DNA from: Patescibacteria group bacterium
GTDB taxonomy: Bacteria; Patescibacteriota; Patescibacteriia; Patescibacteriales; JBAZCA01
Assembly (NCBI GenBank): GCA_041671125.1
Contig: JBAZCA010000002.1
Span: 42,634-106,633 of the forward strand
Direction: 5' to 3'
Length of the DNA stretch: 64,000 nt
Each line of letters starts with the position of its first letter. The stretch's first letter is position 1. Under the pieces are notes generated by a model. The model saw only the letters and a list, made by a program, of their open reading frames with translations. It made no database searches and had not been told where the DNA came from. Below are positions 15,889-25,686 of this stretch, in pieces. A program made the translations under genes and the position numbers.

Positions 15889-16512
15889 ATGGAACAAAAT
15901 ATCAACGAAAAATTCGGCCGGCTGGCGGACGAAACCGCGGTTTCCGCGGCTGCTTTAGGCCTTGAAAAAAACGGCTTTAAGGTAATTATTACCGCTGACC
16001 GGGAATCGGCGATTGATGAATTTAAAAAACTTATTCCCGAAGGAAGCGAAATCATGAACATGACTTCAACGACGCTCGCGGAACTCGGACTGGATAAAGA
16101 AATTCTTGAATCCGGCAGATACCGGGCAGTGAGAAAAGAGCTGGAGAAACTCGGGGAAGGCGAGAAAATCCAAAAATTAAGGCTCGGCGCGGCACAGGAA
16201 TTCGCCGTCGGCTCGGTTCACGCCATAACCGAAGCCGGCGAAGTAATTATCGCTTCGGCCACCGGCTCCCAGCTTCCGGCTTACGCTTACGGCGCTGACA
16301 AAGTTATCTTCATGGCCGGAACGCAAAAAATCGTCAAGGACTTTGAAGAAGGAATGCAAAGAATCCGGGAGTATGTTTTTCCGCGGGAAAATGAACGGGC
16401 GTTAAAGGCTTACGGCATGGGGAGCGGGATAAATAAGGTCATGGTTTTAAATAAGGAAGTAAATCCCGGACGGATTACAATGATCCTGATAAAAGAGAAA
16501 CTCGGGTTTTAA
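15889..16512 (+). CDS. LUD-domain (LutC/YkgG-like) protein
   Basis: 207 aa showing the DUF162/LUD pattern. Confidence 0.55.
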   Translation: MEQNINEKFGRLADETAVSAAALGLEKNGFKVIITADRESAIDEFKKLIPEGSEIMNMTSTTLAELGLDKEILESGRYRAVRKELEKLGEGEKIQKLRLGAAQEFAVGSVHAITEAGEVIIASATGSQLPAYAYGADKVIFMAGTQKIVKDFEEGMQRIREYVFPRENERALKAYGMGSGINKVMVLNKEVNPGRITMILIKEKLGF

Positions 16513-16599
16513 GTCTCATAACTCATATCTCATATCTCATAGCTTGTAACTCGTACTTATTTTGGCGGAATATCCAAGTGTGAGTTACGAGAAAAAAAT

Positions 16600-17883
16600 A
16601 TGAACCAGTTTTTACAAACAGTTGAAGATGAATTGCGCGAGGCCGCGAAAATCATAAGCGCTCCGCCGGCGCTTCTAGAAATTTTTTTAACTCCGAAGCG
16701 GATTATAGAGTTTAGCGTGCCTTTGAAAAAAGATAATGGCGAGGTTGAAGTTTTTTTAGGCTACCGCGTCCAGCATAATGACGCTTTAGGTCCTTTTAAA
16801 GGCGGCATCCGCTTTCATCCGGACGTTGACCTTGATGAAGTTAAAGCGCTCGCCATGCTCATGACTTTAAAAAACGCGGCCATGGACATCCCTTACGGCG
16901 GCGCCAAAGGCGGAATAAAAGTTGATCCGCGAAAGCTTTCGTTTTCCGAATTAGAGCGGCTCTCCCGGGCGTTTGTTAATGAAGTCTATTTTTACATCGG
17001 CCCGGAGAAAGACGTGCCGGCTCCGGACGTCAATACTAACGCGCAGATTATGGCCTGGATGTATGACGAATTCAGTAAAATCCGGGGGTATTCTTCGCTC
17101 GCCGCTTTTACCGGCAAGCCGATAATTATTGGCGGGAGTAAAGGAAGGGAGATTTCCACCTCTTACGGCGGCATGGTCGTCTTGGAAGCATTTTTAAACC
17201 GATCAGAGGAATTTAAAGCCAAGCCGAAAAAAGAAATTTCCGTCGCTATTCAGGGGTTTGGGAACGTCGGCGGCAATATCGCTAAACTCCTTTACGAAGC
17301 CGGGTATAAAATCGTTGCCGTTTCCGACGTTAATGGAGCGCTTTATGACGAGGGCGGCCTGAATATAAACGAAATCATGGCCACTCAGAAAAAAATGGGT
17401 CGTCTGGTTTCGCCGTCCTGCTATCCGGCCGAGCTCGGGAAACTTGAGGTGGAATACAAATTCATGACCAACGAAGAACTCTTAAAACTTCCGGTTGACA
17501 TTTTAATTCCGGCGGCGTTAGAAAACCAGATCACGGAAAAAAACGCCGGTGAAATAAAAGCTAAAGTTATTCTTGAAATGGCCAACGGGCCGACGACCAA
17601 GGGAGCCGACAAAATACTTATGGATAAAAAAATCGCCGTAATTCCCGACGTGATCGCTAATTCGGGCGGAGTAATCGGCAGTTATTATGAATGGGCGCAG
17701 AACCATTCGGGGATAATGTGGAAAGAGGAAGAAGTGCTCGGCAGGCTAAAAGAAGCCATGCAAAGCGCTTACGAGGATATCTTAAGAGTGAGCCGGGAAT
17801 ACGGAGTAAGCCCCCGGCAGGCGGCTTACATCAAGTCCTTAAAAAAGATTGAGGAAGCATTAAGACTGCTCGGCAGGCTTTAG
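16600..17883 (+). CDS. gdhA: Glu/Leu/Phe/Val dehydrogenase (glutamate dehydrogenase)
   Basis: GGIRFHP and GGAKGG catalytic region plus a Rossmann-fold GFGNVG. Confidence 0.9.
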   Translation: MNQFLQTVEDELREAAKIISAPPALLEIFLTPKRIIEFSVPLKKDNGEVEVFLGYRVQHNDALGPFKGGIRFHPDVDLDEVKALAMLMTLKNAAMDIPYGGAKGGIKVDPRKLSFSELERLSRAFVNEVYFYIGPEKDVPAPDVNTNAQIMAWMYDEFSKIRGYSSLAAFTGKPIIIGGSKGREISTSYGGMVVLEAFLNRSEEFKAKPKKEISVAIQGFGNVGGNIAKLLYEAGYKIVAVSDVNGALYDEGGLNINEIMATQKKMGRLVSPSCYPAELGKLEVEYKFMTNEELLKLPVDILIPAALENQITEKNAGEIKAKVILEMANGPTTKGADKILMDKKIAVIPDVIANSGGVIGSYYEWAQNHSGIMWKEEEVLGRLKEAMQSAYEDILRVSREYGVSPRQAAYIKSLKKIEEALRLLGRL

Positions 17884-17905
17884 GACTGGTAACATAATTA
17901 AATAT

Positions 17906-19226
17906 ATGGAGCTAAAGATAATTGAAAAAAATATAAACATAAAGCTCGTAGGCGCGATTTTTTTGGGTCTTCTAGTCATTTTCGCCGGAGCGTGGCTCGC
18001 GTTCACAAAAGGAAATTTTCGCCTTAGCGATTTTACCGGGTATATTCCGGACAACGCGCCCGCGGGAGATTCCGCGAGCATCGCCCAGCCTGACGCGAAT
18101 GAAGCCGCGAAGAATACTGATAACGCTAAAAATCCAGCGCCCACTCCGGCATCCAATTTAACCGGCCTGCCGCTTAGTCTTCCGGACGGTTTTTCTATTT
18201 CAATTTTTGCCGACAAATTATCAGGCGCGAGAGTAATTGAATTTGACCGGGCGGGAAATATTTTTCTTTCCCGGACCGGAGAGGGAAGAATCACTTTTAT
18301 TAAAATCAAGGACGGAAAAAAAGTTTCTCAAAGAGATATTTTAACCGGCTTAGACGGCCCTCATGGCCTGGCTTTTGATCCGAAAAGGCCGGAAATTTTA
18401 TATTTAGCCGAAGAAAATAAAATTTCCCGCGTTGACGCCGGAAAACTCTTAGCCGGCGAAAAAGTTAAGCCGGAAAAAATCGCGGATTTACCGTCCGGCG
18501 CGGGGCATTTCACAAGGACTTTGATTTTTGGTCCGGACGATCGGTTATACGTTTCCATCGGGTCATCCTGCAATGTCTGCAATGAAGCTGATAACCGGCG
18601 GGCGAAAATTTTTTCTTTAAATAAAGACGGGAGCGATTTCCGCGAATACGCCCGCGGGCTCCGCAATTCAGTTTTCATGGCTCTCCACCCGGAAACCGGA
18701 GAAATCTACGCTACGGAAATGGGTCGGGATCTTTTAGGCGACGATCTGCCGCCGGATGAAATAAATATCATAAAAGATAAAGGAAATTACGGCTGGCCAG
18801 TCTGCTACGGAAAAAATATCCATGACGCGGTTTTTGATAAAAATACTTATATAAGAAATCCCTGCGCCGAGCCTTTTGAAACGCCGTCCTTTATTGACCT
18901 GCCCGCCCATTCCGCGCCTTTAGGGCTCGCTTTTATCCCTAAAGACGGTTTTGACGGCGCTCTGGCCGGGTAACCTACTAGTCGCTTTCCACGGTTCCTG
19001 GAACCGCTCTAAAAAGACCGGGTATAAAATAGTGATAATAAAATTAAATGAAAAGGGCGAACCCCGAATTGAAGATTTTATTACCGGCTGGCTTACGGCC
19101 GGCGGGGAAGTCCTCGGCCGCCCGGTTGATATTAAAATCGGTTCGGACAAGGCGATCTATATTTCCGACGACCAGCGGGGCGTTATTTACCGGGTAAAAA
19201 CCTCACCCCCAACCCCTCTCCGTTAA
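17906..19226 (+). pseudogene. PQQ-dependent sugar dehydrogenase (sorbosone/soluble glucose dehydrogenase-like), frameshifted
   Basis: The N-terminal part 17906-18973 (GNYGWPVCYG) ends DGALAG*. The conserved C-terminal part (GNLLVAFHGSW...GRPVDI...IYR) continues in the +1 frame from about 18951. A single frameshift sits near 18960-18972. Confidence 0.7.
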
Positions 19227-19246
19227 CTGATGTTAACAGAGAGGGG
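19213..19246 (+). terminator. stem-loop terminator
   Basis: CCCCTCTCCGTTAAC tgat GTTAACAGAGAGGGG forms a 15 bp stem with one mismatch. It overlaps the stop codon. Confidence 0.5.
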
Positions 19247-19260
19247 AGTAATCTTTTAAT

Positions 19261-19359
19261 ATGGACATGAGCCGGGAACTGAAAAAAATTGTCATGGTAT
19301 TCATAGGCCTTTTTCTCGCGGCCGTAGGCTGGTTGCTTTTTGTTAGCGCGGGATTTTAA
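19261..19359 (+). CDS. small hydrophobic peptide (32 aa)
   Basis: ORF MDMSRELKKIVMVFIGLFLAAVGWLLFVSAGF with a single TM. It was not in the ORF track and is speculative. Confidence 0.2.
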   Translation: MDMSRELKKIVMVFIGLFLAAVGWLLFVSAGF

Positions 19360-19411
19360 AACGCCCGGCAAAAGCCAGGCTGTTTTAAAAATAATAAAAG
19401 CGTCTAAGTTA

Positions 19412-19636
19412 TTACGCGCAAGAGCAGGTTTTAACGGCTGATTTTTGTTTTTCCATTTCAACTTTAAATTGCCGCGGCAGGCGCTTGGAAGCGTCAAGAA
19501 TTTCAATCCCGATAATTTTTCCTTTTGAGTCGTAATCAAAGATTATGCCTTCTTTTACTTCATCGCTTTCCGCGTATTTATTGTCGTTGAAGCGAATGTA
19601 AAGAGCATCTTCTTTTTTATTGAATTGTAGTTTCAT
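19412..19636 (-). CDS. DUF2283-family protein (putative antitoxin partner)
   Basis: MKLQFNKKEDALYIRF...GIEILDASKR matches the DUF2283 consensus. Confidence 0.7.
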   Translation of the reverse strand: MKLQFNKKEDALYIRFNDNKYAESDEVKEGIIFDYDSKGKIIGIEILDASKRLPRQFKVEMEKQKSAVKTCSCA

Positions 19637-19896
19637 ATAATATATTTTTTAACTTTTGAAGTTATAAACGCGGTTATAATTTTTTTATCGTCTTTTAAAT
19701 TTTCGTAAATAACAACGATGAGATATTTTTTCTTTGATTTCAGAAATAACTTTATCGCCTGCAGTCTTCCGTTTGACTGGATAATAATTCTGTTGGGCAT
19801 TTTTACGGCGCTAATCACAAGCGCCTTTTTTAACTTGCGCGTTCTTAACTGCAGAATAGCATGATCTGAAAAGCTAATTATCATAATAACGATCAT
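19633..19896 (-). CDS. DUF4258-family protein (putative toxin partner)
   Basis: ...KKYLIVVIYENL...ITAFITSKVKKY matches the DUF4258 consensus. There is a 4 nt ATGA overlap with the downstream DUF2283 gene. Confidence 0.7.
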   Translation of the reverse strand: MIVIMIISFSDHAILQLRTRKLKKALVISAVKMPNRIIIQSNGRLQAIKLFLKSKKKYLIVVIYENLKDDKKIITAFITSKVKKYII

Positions 19897-20117
19897 TCAT
19901 TAAATATACATTAACACAGAATTTTTCTTGACGCAAGGCAGTTTTTATGTCCTGAACATTTCAGCTCTAACCGCGTCATAATCTCTGGAATTTTAAGAAC
20001 TGATGTGCTATGGTTAGTGTAGATGGTGGGCAATATATTTTATGAGTTTTTTGTAACTAACCTTTAAAAAAAGTTTAGATATGTCATATATCAGCCTAAA
20101 TTTTTTACCCAGAGTCT

Positions 20118-20477
20118 ATGATTGAACAAGAACAAACATTCGCTGGCCATGAGCCTGAAAATTTAAAAAATGCCGAACTTCTTGAACTTAGTTTCGTTGA
20201 CTTAGAAATAGCTTATAAGGAAATTCAAAGACTGGCGGAAGTATCTTTTGGACGAGCCGAAAACGGATTTAGAAACGTTCAAGGCAATGGCGTTTTTATG
20301 AGAGAAGCAGAGGGGAAATTCAGGTTGTCCCAGATATCGCCATTACTTAAAGAAATCCACAACTATATTGCAACAAATCCGGATTCTGTTTTAGTAAAAG
20401 GTTCTGCTAAAAAAGAGGAAATGTTATCTGCGATAATAGATATGTTGGAGAAACTGGATTACAGGGTAATTGAATAA
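20118..20477 (+). CDS. hypothetical protein
   Basis: ORF only, with no recognisable motif. Confidence 0.4.
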   Translation: MIEQEQTFAGHEPENLKNAELLELSFVDLEIAYKEIQRLAEVSFGRAENGFRNVQGNGVFMREAEGKFRLSQISPLLKEIHNYIATNPDSVLVKGSAKKEEMLSAIIDMLEKLDYRVIE

Positions 20478-20518
20478 AATTTACTGACTTTAATCGGCAA
20501 CAGTTGTTTTACACAAAC

Positions 20519-20550
20519 CCAAAGAGCATGCCCGCGGGCATGCTCTTTCT
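20519..20550. terminator. bidirectional stem-loop terminator
   Basis: Perfect palindrome AGAGCATGCCCGCGGGCATGCTCT flanked by A and T runs, lying between convergent genes. Confidence 0.6.
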
Positions 20551-20613
20551 CTTTTAAGCATATTCTCCATGATCCCTCGCCTTACGGCTCGGGATAATTT
20601 GCTCACACGCAAA

Positions 20614-22650
20614 TTATATATCCAGATTCTGCACTTTCTTCGCGTGCGTCTGGATAAAATGTTTTCTCGGAGCGACATCGCCGCCCATGAGCATGTCAAA
20701 AGTTTCGTCGGCGCGGACCGCGTCTTCAATCGTAACCTGGAGCATGATTCTTTTTTCCGGATCCATGGTCGTTTCCCAAAGCTGGCCGGGGTTCATTTCC
20801 CCGAGACCTTTATAGCGCTGGATGTTAATTTTAGCTACTTTTTGCTTAACGGCTTTTTCTTCGTCGGGCTCCGCCTCTTCACTGGCTTCGGTTTCTTCCG
20901 CTGATTCTTCGCCAGCCTCTTCGGTAATTTCCATGTCTTTATCGGTTCCGCCAAATTCTTTTATCAGCTTATTTTTTTCATCGTCCGAGTAAGCGTATTT
21001 GCCGGTGGTTCCTTTTTTAACCTGATAGAGCGGGGGCTGGGCGATAAAAAGATGGCCTTGGGTTATAACGTCCGGGAAATGGCGGAAGAAAAGGGTAAGG
21101 AGCAGGGTGCGGATATGGGCGCCGTCAACGTCGGCATCGGTCATGATTATTATCCGGCCGTAGCGGAGTTTAGTTATGTCAAACTGATCCTGGATGTTCG
21201 TTCCCATGGCAATGACCAGATTTTTAATTTCGTTATTGGCAAGCATCTTGTCCAGCCGGGCGCGCTCCACGTTAAGGATTTTGCCGCGCAAAGGAAGGAT
21301 GGCCTGGAAGCGCCGGTTGCGCCCCTGTTTAGCGCTTCCGCCGGCCGAATCTCCTTCAACAATAAACAGCTCGGATTCCTCGGCTTTGCGGCTTGAACAG
21401 TCTGCGAGTTTGCCCGGCAAGGTAATTCCTTCAAGGGCGCCTTTTCTTAAAATCGTGGCCCGGGCGGTCCGGGCGGCAATGCGAGCCTGGGCCGACAATA
21501 TGCATTTGGCGATTATGGCCTCAGCTTCGCGCGGGTGCTCCTCAAGGAAAGTGCCGAAGCTTTCGGAAAAGACTTGTTCGGTGTGGCCTTTCATTTCCGC
21601 GTTGCCGAGTTTTCCTTTAGTCTGACCCTCAAACTGCGGATCGGTAAGTTTTACGCTTACAATCGCGGTAAGGCCTTCGCGTACATCCTCACCGGTAAGG
21701 TTTTCTTCTTTTTCTTTTAAAATGTTCTGGGTCCGGGCGTAGTTATTTAAAGTTCGGGTGAGAGCGGCGCGAAAACCGGCCAGATGCGTCCCGCCTTCGG
21801 GATTGTAAATATTATTAGCAAACGCGAGGGCGGTTTCGTTATATTCGTCGTTATACTGCAGGGCGACTTCAACCACCGAGCTGTTTATTTCTTTTTCAAC
21901 ATAAAAAATGGTCGGATTTTTTACGTTCTTGCTCCGGTTTAAAGAGTTAATATAGGCTTTAATACCGCCTTCAAAATAATAGACATACTCTTTGGGGCGG
22001 TGGCCTTTTCTTTTATCGTGAATTTTTATGGTTACTCCGCGGTTTAAATAGGCCTGCTGGCGAAAATGGTCAATAATCGTTCCCCAGCTGAATTCGGTCG
22101 TTTCGGTAAAGATTTGCGGATCCGGCTTAAAGGTAATTTGCGTTCCGGTTTTTTTCGTAGTACCGGTCGGCTTGACTTTTTTTACCGGGATGCCGCGTTT
22201 ATATTCCTGGGTCCAGATTTTTCCAGCCTGAAAAACTTCGGCTTTAAGATAGTCGCTTAAGGCGTTAACGACGCTCACGCCGACGCCGTGCAATCCGCCG
22301 GAGACTTTATAGCCCGAACCGCCGAATTTTCCCCCGGCGTGGAGTTTCGTTAAAACCGTTTCCAGAGCCGAAACGCCGGTTACTTTATGGATGCCGACCG
22401 GGATGCCGCGGCCGTTATCATAAACACTAACCATGCCATCTTCGGTCAGGGTAACAATGATTTCATCGGCAAACCCGGCCATGGCTTCGTCAATGCCGTT
22501 ATCAACGACTTCCCAGACAAGATGGTGAAGACCGGTCGCGCCGGTTGAACCAATATACATGCCCGGCCGCTTCCGCACCGGGTCAAGCCCTTCCAGGACG
22601 GTAATGGAGCTGGCATCATAATTACTGATTTTTGTTTTGTCTTTGGCCAT
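20614..22650 (-). CDS. gyrB: DNA gyrase subunit B
   Basis: GHKL ATPase N-terminus (LHHLVWEVVDN), Toprim domain (EGDSAGGS) and a C-terminal tail. Confidence 0.95.
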   Translation of the reverse strand: MAKDKTKISNYDASSITVLEGLDPVRKRPGMYIGSTGATGLHHLVWEVVDNGIDEAMAGFADEIIVTLTEDGMVSVYDNGRGIPVGIHKVTGVSALETVLTKLHAGGKFGGSGYKVSGGLHGVGVSVVNALSDYLKAEVFQAGKIWTQEYKRGIPVKKVKPTGTTKKTGTQITFKPDPQIFTETTEFSWGTIIDHFRQQAYLNRGVTIKIHDKRKGHRPKEYVYYFEGGIKAYINSLNRSKNVKNPTIFYVEKEINSSVVEVALQYNDEYNETALAFANNIYNPEGGTHLAGFRAALTRTLNNYARTQNILKEKEENLTGEDVREGLTAIVSVKLTDPQFEGQTKGKLGNAEMKGHTEQVFSESFGTFLEEHPREAEAIIAKCILSAQARIAARTARATILRKGALEGITLPGKLADCSSRKAEESELFIVEGDSAGGSAKQGRNRRFQAILPLRGKILNVERARLDKMLANNEIKNLVIAMGTNIQDQFDITKLRYGRIIIMTDADVDGAHIRTLLLTLFFRHFPDVITQGHLFIAQPPLYQVKKGTTGKYAYSDDEKNKLIKEFGGTDKDMEITEEAGEESAEETEASEEAEPDEEKAVKQKVAKINIQRYKGLGEMNPGQLWETTMDPEKRIMLQVTIEDAVRADETFDMLMGGDVAPRKHFIQTHAKKVQNLDI

Positions 22651-22955
22651 AGGTGATAGTAAATAGAACGAAAATAAATAAATATCCGGTTTTCTGCCGT
22701 CTATTTACTATTTACTGATTACTTTTTAATAAAAATAACCCGATTTAGGGGTAAGTTTTCTGAGTCCATTTTATCAAAAAATAACCGGGGTGGCAAGGGG
22801 CTTTGCGGATTTTGCGGACTGATTTTTTCATTTAATATTAATGAACCCGGGGCATAATAAAATTATGGAACAAAATAATTCCGCTGAAAAAGAATTCATT
22901 GCCGCCCATGACCAATATTCCAGGAACATCCTCCGCCACATATACTACCGGGTAA

Positions 22956-23324
22956 ATGATAACGCCCGGCTTGAACGTAATAGAAAACAAATTAAGCGCG
23001 GTTCAAAAGTATCTTACGATTTTGGAAAGGTACAAAAATTTGGATATCCGCGAGATTGAAAATGATATTGATAAAAAAGGCGCCCTTGAACGTTATCTTT
23101 ATCTCGTCGCGCAGGCTGCGATAGACTTAGCCGAAAGCGTCGTGGCTCACAGAAAATACAGGAAACCGACAACCATGAGCGACGCTTTTTATATTTTAAA
23201 CGAGGAAAACATAATTTCCGTTGAATTAACCGATAAAATGGTTAAGATGACCGGGTTTCGCAACGTCGTCGCCCGTGATTATGAAAAAATAGATTATGAA
23301 ATTGTAAAAAATGTCTTAGATTAG
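22956..23324 (+). CDS. HepT/DUF86-like protein with an altered catalytic motif
   Basis: The C-terminal GFRNVVARDYEKIDYEIV aligns to the HepT Rx4HxY motif but His is replaced by Arg. No MntA-like NTase partner is recognisable upstream. Confidence 0.55.
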   Translation: MITPGLNVIENKLSAVQKYLTILERYKNLDIREIENDIDKKGALERYLYLVAQAAIDLAESVVAHRKYRKPTTMSDAFYILNEENIISVELTDKMVKMTGFRNVVARDYEKIDYEIVKNVLD

Positions 23325-23412
23325 GGCTTGAAAGACATAAAGAGTTTTACGGAAATAATTTCCAAGTTATTCTAGTCGGGAACAAGAAATAATAAAATAA
23401 TCCTCAAATACC

Positions 23413-23440
23413 ACAAAACCCCTTAAAAAGGGGTTTTGTA
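23413..23440 (+). terminator. rho-independent terminator
   Basis: AAAACCCC ttaaaaa GGGGTTTT, nested in an outer stem CGGGAACAA...TTGTTCCCG. Confidence 0.5.
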
Positions 23441-23591
23441 TTTGTTCCCGCATGCCTTACGGCTACGGGATATGCCTCACTCCCATGTCCCTGTCCGCTT
23501 TTTTTAAAAAAAATGTTATTGGATAAAGTTCGAGAATTTGCTATAATTGATTTGAGGCTGGAATAATTTAATTTCAGCCTGACTTACAATT

Positions 23592-24548
23592 ATGAAACAG
23601 GAAACTGAAAAAAACGCCAGCAAAAAAGTTAAGACCTCGCCGCCGCCGGCTTATGAGGATCCAATGGGGATTACGGCGGACAAACTGGATTTTGGGCTTT
23701 GGTATATTTTGCACCTTAAACGGCTGCGCAAAGCTTTAATCGGATTTTTAATCGCAACCGCGGTCTTTAGCTGGGGTTATTTTTTTTACGGCTTTGTCCA
23801 TTATGTTTTTGTCGGCATGAAAGAGGATCAGGCTTTAGTTGATAATTTAATTAAAGTCCAGGTGGCCGGGCATGATTATTTTGAAAAAATAAAAGCCAAG
23901 CCCCTGGAAACAGGCGAAGTCCAGGCGCTCGCTAACGGATCGGCCGGAGCTTATGACTTTTTAGCGGAAATAAGAAACCTTAATCCGAGGCATTGGGCCG
24001 AATTCAGTTTTACTTTCCGGGTAAACGGCGCGGAGTTAGCCGAAGAAAAAGATTTTATCCTGCCGGGCGAGGAAAAAATTATTGTTTCCTTGTCCAAAGA
24101 ATTAAAGAGTACACCTTATAATACTGAGCTCATAATAAAAAAGATTGACTGGCATCCGCTTAAAGCCAAAGAAATACCGGACTGGCAAAAATTCATGGAT
24201 GACCATCTTAATATAGTTATAGAAAACTTAAAATTCGATTTCAGCGGAAGCGGCGGAGAGAAAAAAATGAATTTTGCCAACGTTCAGTTTGCCGTCGACA
24301 ACAAAACCGCTTATAATTACTGGAGTATTGATTTTTTGGCGTTGTTATACCAGGGAAGCCGGATAGTAAGCGTTTCTTCCTATGCTGAAGAGAATTTCAT
24401 GTCCGGCGAAAACCATGATATATCCCTAAGTTGGCCGACCTCGGTTACTTACGCGACTGAAGTAAAAATCATTCCCCGCCTCAACATAATGCGGGATGAT
24501 ATTTACGCCGATTTTGAAGGACAGCCAGGAACCGGCCAGGGCGATTAA
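23592..24548 (+). CDS. hypothetical single-pass membrane protein
   Basis: One N-terminal TM then a roughly 230 aa extracytoplasmic domain. It lies directly upstream of rodA. Confidence 0.5.
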   Translation: MKQETEKNASKKVKTSPPPAYEDPMGITADKLDFGLWYILHLKRLRKALIGFLIATAVFSWGYFFYGFVHYVFVGMKEDQALVDNLIKVQVAGHDYFEKIKAKPLETGEVQALANGSAGAYDFLAEIRNLNPRHWAEFSFTFRVNGAELAEEKDFILPGEEKIIVSLSKELKSTPYNTELIIKKIDWHPLKAKEIPDWQKFMDDHLNIVIENLKFDFSGSGGEKKMNFANVQFAVDNKTAYNYWSIDFLALLYQGSRIVSVSSYAEENFMSGENHDISLSWPTSVTYATEVKIIPRLNIMRDDIYADFEGQPGTGQGD

Positions 24549-24566
24549 ATTATTGAGTTTTTAGAT

Positions 24567-25673
24567 ATGTTAAAAAAAATAATCATATACCTCAAAAATT
24601 TTGACTGGATACTTTTTATTCCGGTTATACTCCTCGTTATTTACGGGCTGGTTGAAATATACAGCGTGTCGCTCGGTCAGGGAGACCAGAGTCTTAATAA
24701 TTTTAAAAAACAGCTTTTTTTCGCCCTTACCGGACTGGCTCTGCTTTTTGTTTTTTCCTTCCTGAATTTTAATGACTTAAGGGGGCTTTCGCCTTATATT
24801 TATGTTTTGACCGCGATAATACTGCTCGCGGTTTTATTTTTTGGCACAGTGGTAAGAGGGACAAGAGGCTGGTTTGATATTGGCGGCTTGCGTTTTCAAC
24901 CGGTGGAAGTGGCCAAAATCGCGGCCATAATTTTTTTTGCCTATTATTATTCAAGAGTGAATTTCAGGTTGAAGTCATTAAAAAATCTTATTATTTCATT
25001 TTTTTTCCTTCTGGTTTTCGCCGGGTTAATCATGGCCCAGCCTGATTTCGGTTCGGCTATGATTCTAATTCTTCTTTGGTTTGCTATGCTGGTTTTTTCC
25101 GGCTACAGCAAGAAATATCTCATTATTATCATAATAGCCGGACTGGTTTTTGCCGCCATTGGCTGGCTATTTTACTTAGAGCCGTACCAGAAAGAAAGAA
25201 TCATGACGTTTGCTAATCCAAATTCCCAAAGCCTTGAAGAAGGCTATAATGTGAATCAGGCCATGATAGCTGTCGGAGCGGGGCGGTTTACCGGCAGGGG
25301 CATTGGTTTTGGGTCGCAATCGCAGTTAAGGTTTCTGCCGGAGAGCCAAAATGACTTTATTTTCGCGGTAATTGCCGAAGAACTCGGCCTTTTGGGCGTC
25401 GCACTGGTTCTAACTTTTTTTTCGGTTTTTTTCTTCCGGAGCGCGATTTTAATTAAGCGCTTAAAGGATGATGCCGGTATTTTTTTCATTTTAGGGGCCG
25501 CGAGCTTGATTTTTATTGAAATGTTTATTAATATTGGTATGAACACAGGCCTTCTGCCGGTGGTCGGTATTTCATTACCTTTCGTGAGCTATGGCGGCTC
25601 AGCCTTGGTTTCCAGCTTGATTTTGGTCGGAATCATGGAGAGCATCGTAATAAGGAACAGGATAAATCACTAA
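24567..25673 (+). CDS. rodA: SEDS-family peptidoglycan glycosyltransferase (RodA/FtsW-like)
   Basis: FtsW/RodA/SpoVE fold with 10 TM segments. Confidence 0.8.
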   Translation: MLKKIIIYLKNFDWILFIPVILLVIYGLVEIYSVSLGQGDQSLNNFKKQLFFALTGLALLFVFSFLNFNDLRGLSPYIYVLTAIILLAVLFFGTVVRGTRGWFDIGGLRFQPVEVAKIAAIIFFAYYYSRVNFRLKSLKNLIISFFFLLVFAGLIMAQPDFGSAMILILLWFAMLVFSGYSKKYLIIIIIAGLVFAAIGWLFYLEPYQKERIMTFANPNSQSLEEGYNVNQAMIAVGAGRFTGRGIGFGSQSQLRFLPESQNDFIFAVIAEELGLLGVALVLTFFSVFFFRSAILIKRLKDDAGIFFILGAASLIFIEMFINIGMNTGLLPVVGISLPFVSYGGSALVSSLILVGIMESIVIRNRINH

Positions 25674-25686
25674 AAATAAAATAACT

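Noticed and set aside
22841-23059. 72-aa ORF upstream of the HepT-like gene as a possible MntA antitoxin
   Set aside because: It lacks the GSxxxG...DxD nucleotidyltransferase motif and overlaps the HepT-like ORF by about 100 nt in another frame.
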